Shown here piece by piece: positions 10,501-17,807 of a stretch of DNA of 64,000 nucleotides. Within the stretch, counting starts at the first letter, position 1. The number at the start of each line of letters is the position of its first letter. Both the position numbers and the translations under genes were made by a program. The notes below the pieces were generated by a model. That model was given only the letters and a program-made list of their open reading frames with translations, was not told the origin of the DNA and did not search any database. The stretch comes from PVC group bacterium (lineage in GTDB: Bacteria; Auribacterota; Erginobacteria; Erginobacterales; Erginobacteraceae): NCBI GenBank assembly GCA_040773245.1, contig JAXGWO010000014.1, forward strand, positions 707 to 64,706, read 5' to 3'.

Positions 10501-11207
10501 TCGACCCCGTAATCGGGGTCGAGCAGGGGACTGGCCGGCGGATAGGTGATCAGGGCGTTGGAGAGATAACTTTCGTTCCCCTCCAGGTCTCCGGCGGTTA
10601 TGTAATCGAAGCCGCCGTCTCCCCCATAGGTCCCGCAGTACTGGATCAGAAGGCAGATGCTCAGGTTGTTGCTGCCGGTGCTCCCGGAGGATCCATCGAT
10701 GAACTGGCCGTAACGCCCCACGCAGGTGGCGCGGGCCCCGTCGCCGAGGGAGATCTCCAGGCCCAGGGGGATCTGTTCCCCCAGACCGAAACTGTAGTTT
10801 TCTCCGCAGTGGTAGATGGTCTCGGCGGTGTAACCCGAAGAGAGAACCGAGATCAAGCCGCCGTAATGATCGTTGTCGTCGTGGGAAGCGATCACGTAGT
10901 CGAGGCGGCGGGACCCCGCCGGGAAGATGGCGTTCAGATAAGGAACCACCTCGCTGTAACCCTTGCTCCCGGTCCCCCCGTCGATCAGGATGGAGGTGCC
11001 GTCCGGCCCGATGATCAGTTCGCTCGCCCCCTGCCCCACGTCGATGGTGTGGATCTCGAGATCCCCCATTTCGGAGGAGGACCGCAGCAGCGGATGAGGG
11101 GAAGATACGATACCGTAAGCCTTCTCCCCGGCCGGAGAATAACCGGCCAGCGAAAAGAGCAGTACCGCCCATCCGAAGAGGCCTCGGGTTACAATTGTTT
11201 TCTTCAT
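7518..11207 (-). CDS. Exoprotein A (1229 aa): signal peptide, ComEC-like MBL-fold hydrolase, Pro/Thr linkers, two duplicated ~165-aa beta-sandwich-like domains, carboxypeptidase-regulatory-like domain, six-repeat FG-GAP-like C-terminal domain
   Basis: IDVGQGASELI...IDGG, SHDDNDHYGG, NHHGS; two LPFxDGFE...DGYAxDE repeats; RVSGRVVD; six GDYxGxG..FRxxSGLWAI...YFG units ending DIPVTR. Confidence 0.88.
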   Translation of the reverse strand: MKKTIVTRGLFGWAVLLFSLAGYSPAGEKAYGIVSSPHPLLRSSSEMGDLEIHTIDVGQGASELIIGPDGTSILIDGGTGSKGYSEVVPYLNAIFPAGSRRLDYVIASHDDNDHYGGLISVLSSGYTAETIYHCGENYSFGLGEQIPLGLEISLGDGARATCVGRYGQFIDGSSGSTGSNNLSICLLIQYCGTYGGDGGFDYITAGDLEGNESYLSNALITYPPASPLLDPDYGVDVIHVNHHGSDGSSSATYVNRLKAELAVINGGTNYGHPRWTAVDRLKGRSSYSDGSGATGVTWSGATQVYRTTYDVVEDGRAPEWDCPTLGDMVLTYDGCSENYYLNGSPFPVDFPCACYTPTPTPEGYHTPPPTPTSTPTSTPPPTLPPTPSVTPTPSVSPTPEGYKTPTPPPSATPTGTHNPTPPPTATPPSAGLPFADGFESGTLGQYWSVYTDLEGRVRIEADYPYEGTYSALLDTGISGGDDSTAALILTADLSGYYGSEVALGFWWREFDDDNDAADGVFVSDDYGASWDRILSFNYGPQSYTYESISLSEMRGVYGFDFNEHVQVKFQFYDNFRIPTDGYAIDEVRIWAVTPTPVGFKTPLPTSTLTPTVTTTPTVTPTPSATPTPEGFKSPTPTPSATPTPTVTTTPPPTATPPAAALPFYDGFETGGLSQCWSVFTDAEGRVRVSTAYPDAGAYSVLLDDSSNGGQYSPAALILTADLSGCYSSLVSLEFRWREFIDEEDEEDGVFVSDDYGENWDRVFSFKGGPGYYTSASVILSEMRGVYGFDFNDHFQIKFQFYDNYPIPSDGYALDEIEVWAVTPTPSPTVTVTPSPPPTVPPPTPTPTVTGTPSPRPTAPPPTSAPTASPTPSPGLTPVITPTPTIIKCFRVSGRVVDIDTGAVISGAAVRAACPDRVSAVAAAGDYGDYEVEVCTHFGDGTVRAQARRPGYLPGYAEAPYADWAGESGVAMGDIELKADSISCPGIVSGDYNGDGTPDIAIFRPSSGLWAIRGMSRTYFGTSQDVLTPADYSGDGIVNIAVFRPSAGLWAISGLTRIYFGGFDDIPVPGDYEGTGTAAVGIFRPSSGLWAIRGGARMYFGGRYDQPIPGDYQGAGRQDPAIFRAESGLWAIRAVSRFYFGAAGDRLVPGDYTGWFYRTAGIFRPASGLWAIRAITRVYFGKSGDSPVPADYRGSASDLFGIFRGTSGLWAIKGVTRTYFGGTADIPVTR

Positions 11208-11400
11208 CCGGGTTCAAGGGAGTCGAGGAACATTTTGAGTAATATACCATTATTTCATCTCCCGCGGGCGCCGTTTCCTGCCGGTAATTACTTTTACCGG
11301 GGCCCTCAACCCCCTACACCCTGATTCCCGGGTTTTATCTTGTCGGATTCCCGGATCTCCGGTGAAATCCCCCTGTTTTTGCTATTGCTATCTCAAAGCA

Positions 11401-11585
11401 GGGCCGTCAGGGACGATCAGAGGGTGTACTTCGGGGGCTTGGGCGACGTCCCGGTATTCCAGGACTGCACCGGGGACGGCACCAAGGACCTGGGCATCTT
11501 CCGGGGATCCTCCGGGTTATGGGCGATCCGTGGGGTGACGAGGGCTTGCTTCGGGACTGTCGGGGATGTGCCGCTGGTGAGGTAG
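11401..11585 (+). pseudogene. Collapsed remnant of the exoprotein B C-terminal repeat domain
   Basis: 11401-11555 aligns with 14146-14300 (9 mismatches counted in about 155 nt), then switches at CTTCGGG to 14774 onward, identical through the stop and into the 3' trailer. No start, signal peptide or catalytic domain. Confidence 0.85.
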
Positions 11586-11607
11586 ACTGTCTGATTCTTC
11601 GGGAGGG

Positions 11608-11652
11608 GAAAGGGGCGGTTCTCCCGGGACGGGGGGAGCGTCCCTTTTTCTT
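11608..11652 (+). terminator. Intrinsic terminator duplicated with the remnant
   Basis: aaaggggcg...cgtcccttttt, a near-copy of 14833-14875. Confidence 0.6.
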
Positions 11653-11747
11653 CCCCGGACGACCCGGTATCCGGCAAAAATCAAAATACTCTCGCCGGGT
11701 CCCCCAACCACCTCCACCCCGGCTCCTTGGCCTGCCGCAATCCCCGG

Positions 11748-11777
11748 TTGACGAACCCCCCGTCCGACCGGTAAGAT
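11748..11777 (+). promoter_or_regulatory. Putative sigma70 promoter upstream of exoprotein B
   Basis: TTGACG-N18-TAAGAT. Confidence 0.5.
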
Positions 11778-11847
11778 TGCCCACCGAGATCCGAGTTATT
11801 TCCGTATGCCCATAACATCCACTCGACCAGGGAGAAGAAACTCCGTA

Positions 11848-11934
11848 ATGAACACGAGATCTACCTGTGTGATTACCTGGCTGGCTCTCGGCGCGATCCT
11901 GGGAGCCAGCAAGTTCAAGATATTCGGGCAATGA
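11848..11934 (+). CDS. 28-aa signal-peptide-like ORF overlapping the exoprotein B start
   Basis: MNTRSTCVITWLALGAILGASKFKIFGQ*, preceded by GGGAGAAG; its TGA overlaps the next ATG (ATGA). Confidence 0.4.
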   Translation: MNTRSTCVITWLALGAILGASKFKIFGQ

Positions 11935-14810
11935 AGCGGATTCTACTTATAGCGTTGGCCCTACTGGTCCCGGCGGCGGTATGGGGGCAGACTCCTACGC
12001 CTACGCCCAATCCGAATTTCCTTGAGTGGGGATATTATGTGGGCAATTCGGAAGGGGGTGAGGCCCGTGGTGCTTGGGCCGATGAAAGTTATATCTACAC
12101 CACGAACTACGACTACATAAATATATTCAATCGTAATACTCTTGTTCCGATTGCTTCTATTAATGAGCCGTCAAGTCACGGAACTGTCGGGCTTTGCGGC
12201 ATCTGTTCCAATGATGATTACCTATTAGTCGCAGAGATTAATGACGATAGGTTGATAGTCCTTGAAAAAGATACTTGGACGGAACTCACCCGGCTTGTGG
12301 TTGATGGGGCGACTTACCCGGTGTTCAATTCTTCGTATTTCGCTTGCGGAGGCAATCCGGCGAAAGTCTATCGGCTATCTGATTTCTCTCTTGCTACTAC
12401 CCTTAATTCGGGAGGGTATGATTTCAGCGGAAACGAATACTACTGGCTAACCAGCGATACTGTCGCTAAGAATTACAAGTTATACCATACCTCCGATTTC
12501 TCCATCGCTACCACGATTGCCCTTCCCCCTCCGGCTACTCAGGCCTACGGGGGAAAAATCATAGGGGATGATTACTTCTACACGGGGTGGTCGGCGGATA
12601 CCAAGATGTATGTCCACAACCTCTCGGATTTCTCTATTCATACCATTATTACTGGGATACCCAATCCCCCTCGGGCCGGGACGAGAAACGGAAATGTCCT
12701 CGCTACATATTTTAAGATTGGAGCCGAAGGATTCAAGTGGTGGGTAACTGACGGGGATTGGTCTTTGCTTACTGCTATTTATGGGCGAACAACGGGCTAT
12801 TGGTATCAGCTTGCCAATTACGGCCCTGTATTCTATTACCCGAATTTCTATGGCGGGGGATATTCCTACCTTTGCCCTGCTGAATCCCCGTCAAAGAAAT
12901 TGAGCGGCGGCCTTTTCTATAAGGATGGGTTCTTTTCCCCGGTATGGATCTCGGGATTTAATAATCATTCCGTGGTATGGGGAAATGATGGGATAACTTA
13001 CGGGGATAGCACGGATTTCGTAGATTTCGGGTGGTTACATACAGCAGATATCCCCGTAACTTTTGACGGGACGAAGTATTATTACAAAGTCTATACCGGC
13101 GGGGAACTGATGATAGAGGACTGTTTCTCCGGCATCGACGCTTCATTCAATCGGTTTACTGTGGGGCTTTTCGCCGATGAGCAAAACGGGGCGACTCAAT
13201 GGGGAGTTCATACCCAGTTATTTGATCCGTATGCCCCGGGGTTTTATGTTTCGGCGGGGGACTTGGTAAGCAGCCCGTCAGACGATCAGTTTCGGTCGTG
13301 GTATTCATACGCCGCCCCGTGGCAGAAGAAATTTCCGTCGGTAGTGACTATCGGGAATCACGATGACAATGGGGTGTGGGATAGTTACTTCCCGTTTTCA
13401 GAAACATCGGCTTATTATTCCGTGGAAGTCGGTGATGTGCTATTTGCCGTCTTTGATTCAGGGTTGAAGAATAGCATAACAACCGGCTCGGCGGAGTGGG
13501 TATGGTTAAGCGACACGCTTTGTTCGAGCGACAAGACCTATAAGGTTGTAGTGTCGCATTATGGTCCGTTTAATGCCGGTAATGCCGATGGAATACAGAC
13601 CTCGGCTATGTTCGATTTGCTTCCGATGATAAAGGAAGCTGGGACTGATGCTTGGATTTACGGGCATTCCCACATCCCTCAGCATTTCTCAACGGATGGG
13701 ATTGATTACTTTCTGCTACCGGCGGCGAGCTATAATCCAGATTTGCCTCAGTTATATTTCGGCGATGAGGTCAAGTTCTACAATACCACCGATATCGGGT
13801 TCGGCTTGCTCGCAGTAGAAAACGATGTATTGCGATTCAGTTACTTTAATTTAAGCGGAGAGAAAATCTACGGCCCTGTTTTCGTAGAATCGCCAACGCC
13901 TACGCCGACCCCGACTGTGACACCAACTGTGACACCGACCCCGTCCGCTCCCCCGACGAGGACCCCGAGACCAACGGCCACCCTGACCCCGACGCCCACC
14001 TCTACCGCCGTGCCTCCCACAGCCACCCCGGTCCCGACCTCGACCCCGAGCCCGGTGCCCACGGCGACCCTGGAACCAACCCCGACCCCCGGCCCGGAGA
14101 CCTTGGGAGGGAAGATGGGGATATTCCGTCCCTCCTCCGGGCTCTGGGCCTTCAGGGACGGTCAGAGGGTGTACTTCGGGGGCTCCGGGGACGTCCCGGT
14201 ATTCCAGGACTACACCGGGGACGGCACCAAGGACCTGGGCACCTTCCGGGGATCCTCCGGGTTATGGGCTATCCGTGGGGTGACGAGGGCTTACTTCGGG
14301 GCTGCGGGTGACCTCCCGGTCCCCGCGGACTGGCGGGGAAACGGGACGGCAAGGTTGGCGGTCTTCCGGGGTTCCAGCGGGCTGTGGGCGATTAAAGGAG
14401 TGACGAGGGTTTACTTCGGGGGGGCTCTCGATACCACGGTTCCGGGGGACTACGCGGGGACAGGGACTACCCAGGTGGGGATATTCAGGTATTCCTCGGG
14501 GCTCTGGGCGGTCCGGGGAGTTACCCGGGCTTACTTCGGAGGTACTGCGGACATCCCGGTCCCCGGGGACTATGCCGGAGATGGTACGGGGGACATAGCG
14601 ATATTCCGGGAATCCTCCGGGCTCTGGGCGGTCCGGAACGGCGAGAGGGTATACTTCGGAGGTTCCGGGGACATCCCGATGCCGGGAGACTACCTGGAGG
14701 ACGGAAGGGATAAGGCGGGGGTGTTCAGGGGAAGCTCGGGGCTCTGGGCTATCCGGGGGGTTACCAGGACGTACTTCGGGACTGTCGGGGATGTGCCGCT
14801 GGTGAGGTAG
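11931..14810 (+). CDS. Exoprotein B (959 aa): signal peptide, propeller-like repeats, calcineurin-like metallophosphoesterase, Pro/Thr linker, six-repeat C-terminal domain
   Basis: MKRILLIALALLVPAAVWG; repeated xLSDFSxxT; FADEQ, SAGDLV, IGNHD, SHY, YGHSH phosphoesterase motifs; ends DVPLVR. Confidence 0.87.
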   Translation: MKRILLIALALLVPAAVWGQTPTPTPNPNFLEWGYYVGNSEGGEARGAWADESYIYTTNYDYINIFNRNTLVPIASINEPSSHGTVGLCGICSNDDYLLVAEINDDRLIVLEKDTWTELTRLVVDGATYPVFNSSYFACGGNPAKVYRLSDFSLATTLNSGGYDFSGNEYYWLTSDTVAKNYKLYHTSDFSIATTIALPPPATQAYGGKIIGDDYFYTGWSADTKMYVHNLSDFSIHTIITGIPNPPRAGTRNGNVLATYFKIGAEGFKWWVTDGDWSLLTAIYGRTTGYWYQLANYGPVFYYPNFYGGGYSYLCPAESPSKKLSGGLFYKDGFFSPVWISGFNNHSVVWGNDGITYGDSTDFVDFGWLHTADIPVTFDGTKYYYKVYTGGELMIEDCFSGIDASFNRFTVGLFADEQNGATQWGVHTQLFDPYAPGFYVSAGDLVSSPSDDQFRSWYSYAAPWQKKFPSVVTIGNHDDNGVWDSYFPFSETSAYYSVEVGDVLFAVFDSGLKNSITTGSAEWVWLSDTLCSSDKTYKVVVSHYGPFNAGNADGIQTSAMFDLLPMIKEAGTDAWIYGHSHIPQHFSTDGIDYFLLPAASYNPDLPQLYFGDEVKFYNTTDIGFGLLAVENDVLRFSYFNLSGEKIYGPVFVESPTPTPTPTVTPTVTPTPSAPPTRTPRPTATLTPTPTSTAVPPTATPVPTSTPSPVPTATLEPTPTPGPETLGGKMGIFRPSSGLWAFRDGQRVYFGGSGDVPVFQDYTGDGTKDLGTFRGSSGLWAIRGVTRAYFGAAGDLPVPADWRGNGTARLAVFRGSSGLWAIKGVTRVYFGGALDTTVPGDYAGTGTTQVGIFRYSSGLWAVRGVTRAYFGGTADIPVPGDYAGDGTGDIAIFRESSGLWAVRNGERVYFGGSGDIPMPGDYLEDGRDKAGVFRGSSGLWAIRGVTRTYFGTVGDVPLVR

Positions 14811-14832
14811 ACTGTCTGATTCTTCGGGAGGG

Positions 14833-14875
14833 GAAAGGGACGGTTCTCCCGGGGACGGGGAGCGGTCCCTTTTCT
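14833..14875 (+). terminator. Intrinsic terminator of exoprotein B
   Basis: aaagggac...gtccctttt stem followed by Ts. Confidence 0.65.
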
Positions 14876-15291
14876 TCTGGGAAAAGTTGGGGGGCCACCA
14901 AGGAGGGATCCCGGGTTGAGGTGACTGATCACCGGAGACCAAAGTCCTGTATTTTCCTGCCGGGTCCTCTCTCTGATCCGGGATGTTTTCCGATTCTGCT
15001 CCGGAAATTAATCCTTCCGCTTATCCCGGTCCATTCCCTATACCCTGGAGACGAAGATTACCGGGATTCTCCTGGGATTCGAGCGCGGGTTTATCGCTTG
15101 CCTTCTTCACGCGTTTCATCGATATTATCAGCCACAAACCCACTCCTCCCGGCAAACGGAGTGGTCGCCGGGAAAAGAGTAACAAGCGATTTCTTTTCAA
15201 TCGTCGTCCCCCGGCCATTGCCCTCCGGCCCTTCCCCCGGCGGCTCCTACCCCGATCCTTTGCCTGGGGAAAAACTCAACGGCGCGAGCTT

Positions 15292-15546
15292 ATGATGAAA
15301 CGAAAAATATCCTGGACCCGGCGGGGCGAGGACGGGGTCAAGCGGGAGGTGCGGGTGACGATCTCCCGGGGCGGCATCAAGTGGCAGTTCAAGCGGGCGG
15401 ACGAAGAGCGCTGGGACTACGACAGTTCCGCAACCGAAGAGGAGTGGGACGCCCTGGAAGAGATCCTGGGGCGCCGGATGCGCCGGGGACGCGGCTTCGG
15501 CCAGGCGGAATCCGTGCGCGAGTTCCGGAGGCCGGCCGGTGCCTGA
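15292..15546 (+). CDS. Hypothetical protein (84 aa)
   Basis: MMKRKISWTRRGEDGVKREVRVTISRGGIKWQFKRADEERWDYD...; GC-rich codon usage; stop overlaps the next gene's start region. Confidence 0.7.
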   Translation: MMKRKISWTRRGEDGVKREVRVTISRGGIKWQFKRADEERWDYDSSATEEEWDALEEILGRRMRRGRGFGQAESVREFRRPAGA

Positions 15547-16660
15547 AACGCGGCAGTTCCTGGCCTCCTCCATCCCGGGGACCGAGGGGGTTCTCTGCGA
15601 CGAACTGCGGGAACTCGGCTTCTCCGGGGTGCGGCTGAATCAGGGAGCCATCCCATTTCGGGGGACCTGGCGCGAGGGATGGCGCGCCTGCCTGGTCAGC
15701 CGGATCGCCCAGCGCGTCCGGGTGCTCCTCCGCCGCTTTCCCGCCCCCGGCGGAGAAGCCCTCTACGCCGGTATCCGGGCGGTGGACTGGCGGCCATTCC
15801 TCACCTGGCGGCAGACCCTCTCGGTCAGCGCCGTCTGCCGGTCGAGCGCCATCGGCCACAGCGGCTTCGCGGCGCTCAAGGTCAAGGACGCGATCGTCGA
15901 TCAGATCCGCGGTAACGGGGGGAAACGCCCCTCGGTATCCCGGGAAGACCCCGATGTCCGAGTTTACCTCTACCTGGTGGAAGACCGGGCGGCGGTTTAC
16001 CTCGACCTCTCCGGCGATCCCCTCCACCGGAGAGGCTACCGGCTCGAGACCGGCGAGGCTCCGCTGAGAGAAACCCTGGCCGCCGCCATCCTGCGCCTTT
16101 CCGGCTGGGACCGCGCCGTCCCTCTGGTCGACCCGCTCTGCGGATCCGGGACGATCGCGATCGAGGCCGCTCTCTGGGCGGCCGGGAGGTCGCCGGGTCT
16201 CTCCCGCGAACGGTTTGGTTTCGAGCGCTGGGCCGATTTCGGGGAGGAAGAAGCTCGAACGATGCAGGAACTGCGGGGAGAACTGCGCGCCGCCGCCGCC
16301 GGAAACGCCCCCCGCATCACGGCCGCCGACCTTGACGAGACCGTCCTCGAGGCCGCCCGGGCCAACGCGCGGAGAGCCGGCGTGAGGATCTCCTTCCGCC
16401 GCCGCTCGCTCTTCGATCTCCAGGGGAACAGCGCCGCGAAAATCATCGTCACCAACCCCCCCTACGGCGTCCGGCTCGACGCCGACCCCGACTTCTGCCG
16501 CCGGGCCGGGGCCGCCTTCAGCCGGCTCCACGGCTGGCGGGTCTGCCTGCTGGCCGGGACGCCGGGGTACGAGCGCTCGATCTCGCTCAAACCCCGGCTG
16601 AAGATCCCCCTGCCCAACGGGGACCTCCAGTGCGACTTTTTAGTCTACGAGATCCCCTGA
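15539..16660 (+). CDS. THUMP-domain class I SAM-dependent RNA methyltransferase (RlmL-like, m2G)
   Basis: KVKDAIVDQ, LHRRGYR, APLRETLAAA, DPLCGSGTIAIEAA, TNPPYG. Confidence 0.9.
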   Translation: MPETRQFLASSIPGTEGVLCDELRELGFSGVRLNQGAIPFRGTWREGWRACLVSRIAQRVRVLLRRFPAPGGEALYAGIRAVDWRPFLTWRQTLSVSAVCRSSAIGHSGFAALKVKDAIVDQIRGNGGKRPSVSREDPDVRVYLYLVEDRAAVYLDLSGDPLHRRGYRLETGEAPLRETLAAAILRLSGWDRAVPLVDPLCGSGTIAIEAALWAAGRSPGLSRERFGFERWADFGEEEARTMQELRGELRAAAAGNAPRITAADLDETVLEAARANARRAGVRISFRRRSLFDLQGNSAAKIIVTNPPYGVRLDADPDFCRRAGAAFSRLHGWRVCLLAGTPGYERSISLKPRLKIPLPNGDLQCDFLVYEIP

Positions 16661-16964
16661 TCCGCCGGGACCGGGCCGGGGCACCCCTCCGGGGGGTAGA
16701 TGGACCGGAATATATGTTGTTTTATGGACAATCAGTACGAAAGATAACTTACTCTCAATATAAATGGGGGAAAAGAGATATAGATTATGTGATTTCTGAG
16801 TATGGTGAAGGAAATTACAAAATTGGAGATCAAAGTCCTGCCATCCCTGGTATCCGCAATCATTCTTTGCCTTTTCATTGATACTTTATATACTTGTGAT
16901 AATTATGATTGTATATTGTATATGTGCCTTCCAACCTAAAGCCACAAACCAAGGAGAGAATCCA

Positions 16965-17477
16965 ATGGCGAAGAAAATGACAACCCTCGGCACCCTGGCA
17001 TCCAGATTTTCCGAGGCCAAGCGCATAATCGCCCCCCTGACCAAGAAGATGGAAGAGATCTCCGAGCTGATCTCCGAAACCGAGCGTGTCCTCGGTTGCT
17101 ACCAGGAGATAGCCGACGGAGTCATCGTCCGGAAGGCCAGGGCCCCCCGGGGGAAAGCCAAGAAGAAGGCCGGAAGACCCGACGGCAAGAAAAAGGGAAC
17201 CGGACTCTCTTCCCAACTCAAGGACTACCGGAAGAAAGCCGGGTTAAACCAGGAAGCCCTCGCCAAGAAGCTGGGGGTCAACGTCGCTTCCGTCAGAGCC
17301 TGGGAACAGGGGAGATCTAATCCCCGTAAGGCTGCCCTGAAGAAAATCGAGAGGATCCTGGGGGGCAAGACGGCGAAACCGAAGAAGACGAGGAAGGTTC
17401 GGAAAACTCGGAAGGTCAGGAAGCCGCGGAAGGCGGTCAAGGTTCCGCCGAAGGCTAACGAGGCTCCTCAGGCGTAA
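16965..17477 (+). CDS. Basic DNA-binding protein: N-terminal helical segment, XRE/Cro HTH, Lys/Arg-rich tail
   Basis: RBS AAGGAGAG before ATG 16965; LKDYRKKAGLNQEALAKKLGVNVASVRAWEQGRSNP HTH; tail KKTRKVRKTRKVRKPRKAVK. Confidence 0.85.
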   Translation: MAKKMTTLGTLASRFSEAKRIIAPLTKKMEEISELISETERVLGCYQEIADGVIVRKARAPRGKAKKKAGRPDGKKKGTGLSSQLKDYRKKAGLNQEALAKKLGVNVASVRAWEQGRSNPRKAALKKIERILGGKTAKPKKTRKVRKTRKVRKPRKAVKVPPKANEAPQA

Positions 17478-17507
17478 GCAATCCGAACATATACTGGCTT
17501 TGCCAAA

Positions 17508-17540
17508 GGGATGGCGTCCTGACGGATGCCACCCATTTTT
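17508..17540 (+). terminator. Intrinsic terminator after the HTH gene
   Basis: gggatggcgtcc-tgac-ggatgccaccc followed by attttt. Confidence 0.7.
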
Positions 17541-17696
17541 ATTCCTTTACAGCAACAAAATATTGGGAAAAATAGTCTTGTATAATTAATAGCGCGGAGG
17601 CACAGTTAACCTGTTTTGAGCACTTCTCATTTGGCCTTACCCATAAGCAGAGGATTGGTCTTGAGAAAGCGACGGCAAGGCAAATTTGATTCAACG

Positions 17697-17742
17697 ACCC
17701 GCCTTCGGATCGTGCATCCGGGGCGGGTTTTTTATTTATTTT
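17697..17742 (+). terminator. Intrinsic terminator in the 5' leader of exoprotein C
   Basis: 13-bp stem with one bulge (acccgccttcggat/atccggggcgggt) followed by tttttatttatttt; lies between TATAAT at 17581 and the start at 17808. Confidence 0.75.
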
Positions 17743-17807
17743 GGCCCAGGCGAAGAGTTTCAGGGATAAATTTATCAGGCTAACTAATTGTCAAAGGGAG
17801 GGGATTG

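Noticed and set aside
11401-14810. Remnant versus gene copy as a DGR template/variable repeat pair
   Set aside because: The nine mismatches include G/T, T/C and C/G changes, so they are not adenine-specific, and no reverse transcriptase is in the window.
16630-16964. Short ORFs in the AT-rich region before the HTH gene (16630..16881; N-terminal extension from 16878)
   Set aside because: No motifs or RBS; the region looks like promoter DNA and the strong RBS points to ATG 16965.
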